Virus record (IMG/VR): IMGVR_UViG_3300033146_002242
Span: 54,288-118,287 of that record
Origin: a virus
Length of the DNA stretch: 64,000 bases
Reading direction: 5' to 3' (one strand)
The translations under genes and the position numbers were made by a program. Of the stretch, positions 57,926 to 64,000 are shown piece after piece. Each line of letters starts with the position of its first letter. The stretch's first letter is position 1. The notes under the pieces were generated by a model that ran no database searches, had not been told where the DNA came from, and saw only the letters and a list, made by a program, of their open reading frames with translations.

Positions 57926-60147
57926 TGAATGATTTGTTTAATTGGGATGATATTAAATTTAATAAGTTTGAAGAAAAAAACAGACACTGTGGATATGTAA
58001 GTATCATTTTTAAAACTACTGACACGTGGAGTGCAGGTGTTTTTTATGATACAGAACAAGAAGATACTTTTAAATTCATAGCTTATTTTAGAGTTATGTT
58101 AGATGAAGATGTTGTATTTATTGGTAAATGGCAAGATAATACGTACCGTGGAGAAACTTCCCGGCAATTTGTTGCAGAATATGTTGAAAAAAATTTGCAA
58201 TTTACACAAGATGGGTTATATAGATTTCTTAAAAATAATCCAGATATAAAAGGGATTGGTGATAAAAAAGCCAAAGCAATATCAGAAAAATATTGGAGTA
58301 ATTTTGATGATGTTATTTCAAACACACCACATTTGATAGAACATGATTTAAAAATTAAAAAAGATATAATTAATAATTTGCAAAAAATATGGATAAAAAA
58401 TAAACATGCAAATCTAGTTACAGTTGCTTTATCTGAATTTCCATTGACACAATCAATTATATCTAAAATTATTGAATCTTATGGTGCTAATTCAGTTGAT
58501 ATTGTTAAAAAAAATCCATATGCGTTGATTCCATTTATTAGTGGATATAATTTTAAAACTGCAGATGGTGTTGCCTTATTCTTAGGATGGAAACCTGAAT
58601 CCAAAGAAAGAATAGAAGCTGCTATAATTCATATTTTGTTGGATGAAATTCAAAATGGATATGATGGATCACATTGTTGGATTGAAATCAACGAATTAAT
58701 TGAATATGCGATAAAACTTCTTGATATTGATGCTTCGTATATTACTTCATATATAAAAAATGATTTAAAAGAAGATGAAATTAAACTTTTTGAACATGAT
58801 GATATATTAAAAGTATCCCATTCATATGTGTTTTATCAAGAAGATTATGCAGTGAAATATATTGTAGAAATAAAAGATAATTCATTAATTAGAAATGGTT
58901 CAGAAGTATATCAGCTATATAAAGATGACCTTGATATTTTAAATGAAAAACAAAAACAATGTATAACAAATGCTTTGAATTATGATTTTTCTATTATTAC
59001 TGGTAAAGCTGGTACTGGTAAAACATTTGTTATTAAATATTTGTTACATATATTTAAAAATTTATCATATTCAGTTTGTTTACTAGCTCCTACTGGAAAA
59101 GCTGCTAGAAGAATGACTGAATCAACGGGATATAAAGCGTCAACTATTCATAAAATATTAGGGTATAATTCATTAGAATATACCTACCATGAACATAATA
59201 AAATATATGATTATGATGTATATATTGTTGATGAATTTTCAATGATTAATAATAATTTAGCTTATAGATTATTTTGTGCATTACCTGATAATGTTAAAGT
59301 AATTATTGTTGGGGACCATAATCAATTACCACCAATTGGGCCGGGATTGTTATTTAATCATTTATTGTTTTGTAAAAAATATAATTATCATATTACTGAA
59401 TTATCTGATATTGTTAGACAAGCTGGGAATTTAAAAACTAATTCTGTTAAAATTTTAAATAGCGAAATGAATACAGAACAATCAGATGATTGGAATGTAT
59501 TAATATCAGAAAAATTTGATTCACATGAAATAATATTAGAATTGTTATTAGATAATTTAGAAAAATCAGAAGATGCATATGGTTTTCAAAATGATGATAT
59601 TCAAGTTATAACTCCTATGAAAAAAGGAGTGATTGGTGTGCATAATTTGAATATATGTATACAAGAAATGATTCAACGAACAAAATATGGAATTGATGTT
59701 GAACCAGTAAAAAATATAGAAAGACCTAAATTTTATTTACATGATAGAGTTGTTCAAATGGCAAATGATTATGATATTGATGTTATGAATGGAACTCTTG
59801 GTAAAATAATATATTATAATACACATTCTGGTTCTATGAAAATTAAGTTTGAAAATGATAAAATAGTTGAATATGAAAAAAATAGTGAAAAATTAGATAA
59901 TGTAACATTGGCTTATGCATTAACAATTCATAAAACACAGGGTTCGGAATTTCCTTGTGTTGTTGTTTTATTACACCATTCTCAATATATAATGTTAAAT
60001 AAAAATTTATTATATACAGCTGTAACCAGAGCTAAAAATAAATTATTTTTAATGGCAAATAAAAAAGCTGTTAATATAGCTTTATCTCATATTAATACTA
60101 TAAATAAAAAAACTAATTATGATTACATTATTGAAAATATTAATTAA
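57925..60147 (+). CDS. recD2: RecD2-like SF1 helicase with HhH domains
   Basis: IKGIGDK, NPYAL, GKAGTGKT, VDEFSM, GDHNQLPPIGPG, YALTIHKTQGSEF, LYTAVTRAK. Confidence 0.9.
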   Translation: MNDLFNWDDIKFNKFEEKNRHCGYVSIIFKTTDTWSAGVFYDTEQEDTFKFIAYFRVMLDEDVVFIGKWQDNTYRGETSRQFVAEYVEKNLQFTQDGLYRFLKNNPDIKGIGDKKAKAISEKYWSNFDDVISNTPHLIEHDLKIKKDIINNLQKIWIKNKHANLVTVALSEFPLTQSIISKIIESYGANSVDIVKKNPYALIPFISGYNFKTADGVALFLGWKPESKERIEAAIIHILLDEIQNGYDGSHCWIEINELIEYAIKLLDIDASYITSYIKNDLKEDEIKLFEHDDILKVSHSYVFYQEDYAVKYIVEIKDNSLIRNGSEVYQLYKDDLDILNEKQKQCITNALNYDFSIITGKAGTGKTFVIKYLLHIFKNLSYSVCLLAPTGKAARRMTESTGYKASTIHKILGYNSLEYTYHEHNKIYDYDVYIVDEFSMINNNLAYRLFCALPDNVKVIIVGDHNQLPPIGPGLLFNHLLFCKKYNYHITELSDIVRQAGNLKTNSVKILNSEMNTEQSDDWNVLISEKFDSHEIILELLLDNLEKSEDAYGFQNDDIQVITPMKKGVIGVHNLNICIQEMIQRTKYGIDVEPVKNIERPKFYLHDRVVQMANDYDIDVMNGTLGKIIYYNTHSGSMKIKFENDKIVEYEKNSEKLDNVTLAYALTIHKTQGSEFPCVVVLLHHSQYIMLNKNLLYTAVTRAKNKLFLMANKKAVNIALSHINTINKKTNYDYIIENIN

Positions 60148-60178
60148 AAGATAAAGCTATATATATTTCATTATAATA

Positions 60179-60222
60179 AAACCACCTTGTTAATTTATGT
60201 TGGATTAACAAGGTGGTTTTTT
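60179..60222 (+). terminator. 16-bp hairpin / probable terminator
   Basis: AAACCACCTTGTTAAT/ATTAACAAGGTGGTTT + T-run. Confidence 0.7.
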
Positions 60223-60242
60223 CATCGTAAGGAGGTAGTTTA

Positions 60243-60587
60243 TTGAAACACTGGATGGGAAATTGTTATTTATTTCCGTGGAAAAATAAAATAACAATTT
60301 CAACAGATCATAATTTTGAAATAATAATTAAATTAAAAAATGGTTATAAGTTTAGTTATAATAAAATTATTAATAATAAAAAGGAATATATTTTACCATG
60401 CGAGGAAATCATTATTAAGAAATTTAATAATGATTCCACTAAAATAACTGGATATGAAAATTTTATATCAAATCTGAGTATTCTTTTTAAAAAATTTATT
60501 ATTAAAAATAAAATAAAAGATGAGAAATTAAATACATTTTATAAAATGGTTTTTAATCTATGTAAAGAAATACTTAAAAATATCTAA
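60243..60587 (+). CDS. hypothetical protein
   Basis: AGGAGG RBS. Confidence 0.55.
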   Translation: MKHWMGNCYLFPWKNKITISTDHNFEIIIKLKNGYKFSYNKIINNKKEYILPCEEIIIKKFNNDSTKITGYENFISNLSILFKKFIIKNKIKDEKLNTFYKMVFNLCKEILKNI

Positions 60588-60597
60588 AGGAGAATCA

Positions 60598-62997
60598 ATG
60601 GAAACTGTTAGATTAAATTTTTTAGAACCAAATATAGATATAATGTTAAGATATCATAATGCAGACAATTTTAATAAATATATACAACCCATTGCCGTAG
60701 ATTATGATATAGTTTATAAAAAATTAATTAAAGACTCAACTTATACAAATACTTCTAAAATTCCATATACTTTTTTAATCGAAGAACGTTATGATCATTT
60801 ATCTTGGGACAGATATTATTTAGCTAAAAAAAAGATGTATTCTATATTGGTATCAGAAATATTTTTTAATGAATTTTTTTCTAATTTATCTAATTTTCAA
60901 GATATAAAAAATAAATGTAAAATAAAAACAAAAATATATCAAATAAAAGTATATTTACCTAATATGGTATTTATTGTCTGTAATTCACATAATAGACTCG
61001 CTGAAAAACAATTATTAAGATTACAAGTTGGAATAGTGGATAATAATTTTGATAATATATATAGAATGATTTTACCAAATTCATATGATGATGGCAATGT
61101 ATGCCACACAAACATATTATCTATTAAAAATCATTATGAAAATATAAAAACACAAAAATTAAAACCTATTGATGAAATTTGTGCTTATTATATAAATTGT
61201 TATTTTGAATCTATTTTTAATACAGATTTATTACCAACAAGATTTTTTAAAAATTTTGATTTTTCCATGAGAACATTTTATCAAAAATGTTTATTTCATG
61301 ATAAAAATTTTATAAAAAAATTAGATCACCTTTATAGTAATTTTTCTAATAGATTATCATCAGAATTAGCTTTTAAATCTTTTAAAAGAATCCATCCATT
61401 GCCATTTCCACAAAATCATTATTTTACTGCTGATAATATATTAAGAAGTGATGAAAATTGCCAAGAAGCAGTATTATATAATTTAATTGTACTTCCTAAT
61501 GGAATTGTGTTGACTAAAGGCGACAAATTTTATTTTAAAGATGAAAAATATATTATTATTAATTTTTTAAATATTTCAGAAATTAAATATGTATCTAAAT
61601 ATAATATAAGAAGTAGTAGTGCTATAGAATGTTTGCATATTAAAACTAATACTATCAAAACAATAAAAATAATAGATATTTTAGAAACTCCTATAAATTT
61701 TGATTATAAAATTGTTAAAATTGATTCTAAAAAATTTATTGATGTTGAATTTGATTATGGATCTTCATACAACCCAATTGAGTATTTTTATTTAAAATCA
61801 GATCAATATTTAAATATCAATGATATTTGTTATTTATATTCAAATGAATTGAATTATTATTTTATGAATGTAAAAAAAACTGTTTCAAATAAAAATTTAA
61901 GTGAAGAAGAGTATACATTACTTGATTCAACAATTCTAACATATCTTAATGATAATGACATTTCTTTTCCTATTGTTGTATATGATAAATCTCATAATGT
62001 TTCACATATAACAACACAATTGGATTTGAATAAATTAGCTAATTTTCATATGGATTATCCTGTATATAATAATAAAAAATCTTTTAAAATTTATAATAAT
62101 ATAGAAGAATTAAAAAAAGATTTAAATGGTATTGGAGTAAAGACAAATTTTACCTCAAAAAACTATTCTTTTTTAATAAAAAATATGTTTTACTCATTGA
62201 TTGATTTACAAATAATGAAACATATATATTATCTACATCAAGATGCACTTTTTGTATTTGACGCTGGGGATATAGTATATACGAAAGATGCATCACCTAT
62301 TGGAAAATTCGATCCATTTTCTGAATCTACTGTATCTACACATTATCCGACTCCAAAAATATGGCATAATATAGCAAAATCATATTGTGATAATGGTTAT
62401 TTAAATATAGTTACAGAACAATTTATTACTATAAATAAAGATACATTATTCATTGATTATTTTTCTAGAAATGGTTTCCAATCATTAGAAACGAGAGAAA
62501 ATTTATATGGTAAAAAATGTTATCTAAAAAAATTAATTAGTTCTACAAAAGATGAAACGATTATCGCTGAATTATATTATCCAGAAGAAAATGCAATACA
62601 TGAATTCAAAATTTCTATTAACCGCAGTATAACATTATTATTATCTTTATTTGCATCAAAAGAAAATATAGTAGAAGATTCTTCTTATAATGGTGCTTAT
62701 ATATTTTTAAAAGATGAAAATTTTACTGCCAAAAATGGTTTACCGAAAGGTGTTTATCAAATAAGATATCATATTGAAAATAATAATATACCAAAAAATA
62801 GCTACCAATTTTTATTACATAATAATGTAAATATTATTTGTCAAGATGGTGATTTTGAATTAGTTGAGAAAAAAAGATTGGTTAAAAAAATGTTTTATCC
62901 TTGGCGCAATCCTAAATTTAATGATTTCGAAGTTTCGTTAACAAGATTGTTGGGGGTATATTATGCCACAGCATCTTCATTTGAGTCTAGTTTTTAA
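60598..62997 (+). CDS. large N/I/K/Y-rich hypothetical protein (799 aa)
   Basis: long ORF, AAGGAG RBS; no recognised motif. Confidence 0.7.
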   Translation: METVRLNFLEPNIDIMLRYHNADNFNKYIQPIAVDYDIVYKKLIKDSTYTNTSKIPYTFLIEERYDHLSWDRYYLAKKKMYSILVSEIFFNEFFSNLSNFQDIKNKCKIKTKIYQIKVYLPNMVFIVCNSHNRLAEKQLLRLQVGIVDNNFDNIYRMILPNSYDDGNVCHTNILSIKNHYENIKTQKLKPIDEICAYYINCYFESIFNTDLLPTRFFKNFDFSMRTFYQKCLFHDKNFIKKLDHLYSNFSNRLSSELAFKSFKRIHPLPFPQNHYFTADNILRSDENCQEAVLYNLIVLPNGIVLTKGDKFYFKDEKYIIINFLNISEIKYVSKYNIRSSSAIECLHIKTNTIKTIKIIDILETPINFDYKIVKIDSKKFIDVEFDYGSSYNPIEYFYLKSDQYLNINDICYLYSNELNYYFMNVKKTVSNKNLSEEEYTLLDSTILTYLNDNDISFPIVVYDKSHNVSHITTQLDLNKLANFHMDYPVYNNKKSFKIYNNIEELKKDLNGIGVKTNFTSKNYSFLIKNMFYSLIDLQIMKHIYYLHQDALFVFDAGDIVYTKDASPIGKFDPFSESTVSTHYPTPKIWHNIAKSYCDNGYLNIVTEQFITINKDTLFIDYFSRNGFQSLETRENLYGKKCYLKKLISSTKDETIIAELYYPEENAIHEFKISINRSITLLLSLFASKENIVEDSSYNGAYIFLKDENFTAKNGLPKGVYQIRYHIENNNIPKNSYQFLLHNNVNIICQDGDFELVEKKRLVKKMFYPWRNPKFNDFEVSLTRLLGVYYATASSFESSF

Positions 62998-63014
62998 TTA
63001 TTTAAAGGGTACTG

Positions 63015-64000
63015 ATGGAAAAATTTTGTTTAGAAATTAATGATAATAGAAAAAAAAGTAATTTATTAAATAATTTTTATTTTAAAATAACTCCAAATCC
63101 AAATATTACATTATTATATAAATTTTTTAATGGGATTTATTTTCATATAATTTATAAAATAAAAAAAAATTTTCATTTAATAAAAATAAATAATGATAAT
63201 AAATATTTATATCTACCTGATGTAGTAGTTGATGTTAGAATAAAAACATTTAAAAAAATTGAAGTAAAATTATATTTTGTTATTTCTGATAATATTAAAA
63301 AATCTTTTATATATGCAGAACCAGTAATAATTGATTGGTATGAAAATCAGGAAAATTTTAATTACAACATAAATAAAATAGTACATTATTTATTTAGCTA
63401 TGTTAATTTTAAATGTCATAATGACATTATGACATTATGTGGTATAAATGATATAGATTATTTATCAATTCAAAATTATAAAAATATCAAATTTAATAAA
63501 TTTTATAATTTGCCAAATGAAAAAAGTATTAATGAAATAATTAATACTTATATTTCTGAATATGAAAATGCTCAACCAGATGTACCATCACATATAATTT
63601 TAAAATACTATTCTTTATTGAATAAAAATTATCCCGCCAAAAGTGTGAAAAATACTAAGATGTTTTTTGACTCTATTTCTACAAATTGTGGAATAATAGC
63701 CAAGAATAAAATTTTAAAAATTAAAAAAGAACCATATGTAATAAATAAAATTATTTCACCTTTTAATATTTCAACAGGTGAATATAATATTGCAAAAACA
63801 AAAATAGAATTATTTAATCTTGATAATAAAACTATTAAATATATTAATTTTATGAGATATTTATTAAAGTTAGTAGATAATATAAAATTAGATGATAAAT
63901 TGAAAAATATTCACCGTTATAAATATCTATTATATAAAAATAGATATTATTTTATATATGATAGATATGTTGATGATGTTACAATTAAATTATATATTGG
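63015..64000 (+). CDS. N/I/K/Y-rich hypothetical protein, truncated by window end
   Basis: ATG 63015, frame appears open to the end of the window. Confidence 0.6.
   Translation, partial: MEKFCLEINDNRKKSNLLNNFYFKITPNPNITLLYKFFNGIYFHIIYKIKKNFHLIKINNDNKYLYLPDVVVDVRIKTFKKIEVKLYFVISDNIKKSFIYAEPVIIDWYENQENFNYNINKIVHYLFSYVNFKCHNDIMTLCGINDIDYLSIQNYKNIKFNKFYNLPNEKSINEIINTYISEYENAQPDVPSHIILKYYSLLNKNYPAKSVKNTKMFFDSISTNCGIIAKNKILKIKKEPYVINKIISPFNISTGEYNIAKTKIELFNLDNKTIKYINFMRYLLKLVDNIKLDDKLKNIHRYKYLLYKNRYYFIYDRYVDDVTIKLYI

Overview
A 64-kb window of a very AT-rich, large (jumbo-type) tailed phage genome with T4-like head genes; nearly all genes are on the + strand and standard code 11 gives intact ORFs. 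(1) 1-12.5 kb is an accessory/tRNA region. It holds 8 tRNA genes (one is the 3' exon of a group I intron-containing tRNA-Leu(UAA)), a duplicated and covarying structured RNA of unknown family, and a 584-aa nuclease-dead Cas12m-like (type V-U1/TnpB-derived) protein with no CRISPR array in view. (2) 12.7-26.7 kb has a TGT/DpdA-like gene, a DnaB-like helicase, the head module (portal, prohead protease, major capsid), Thg1 and tRNA-Arg. (3) 29-60 kb is replication and transcription: family B DNA polymerase with an N-terminal UDG-like domain, ThyX, QueE, GroES-like, multisubunit RNA polymerase beta'-C and beta, SSB-like, MoxR-AAA/vWA pair, type IIA topoisomerase, QueD, UvsW-like helicase, Mre11/Rad50-like, glycosyltransferase, radical SAM and RecD2-like. 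(4) 60-64 kb has large AT-rich ORFs of unknown function. The most striking observations are: the beta' C-half begins with a free-standing split-intein C-fragment ending in an atypical Gln-Asp, at the position right after the catalytic NADFDGD motif; the beta subunit carries an N-terminal ~210-aa domain that is a clear paralogue of a stand-alone protein in the head module; the array-less dead Cas12m-like protein; and the duplicated ncRNA. All family assignments come from motif recognition by eye; no database searches were run.
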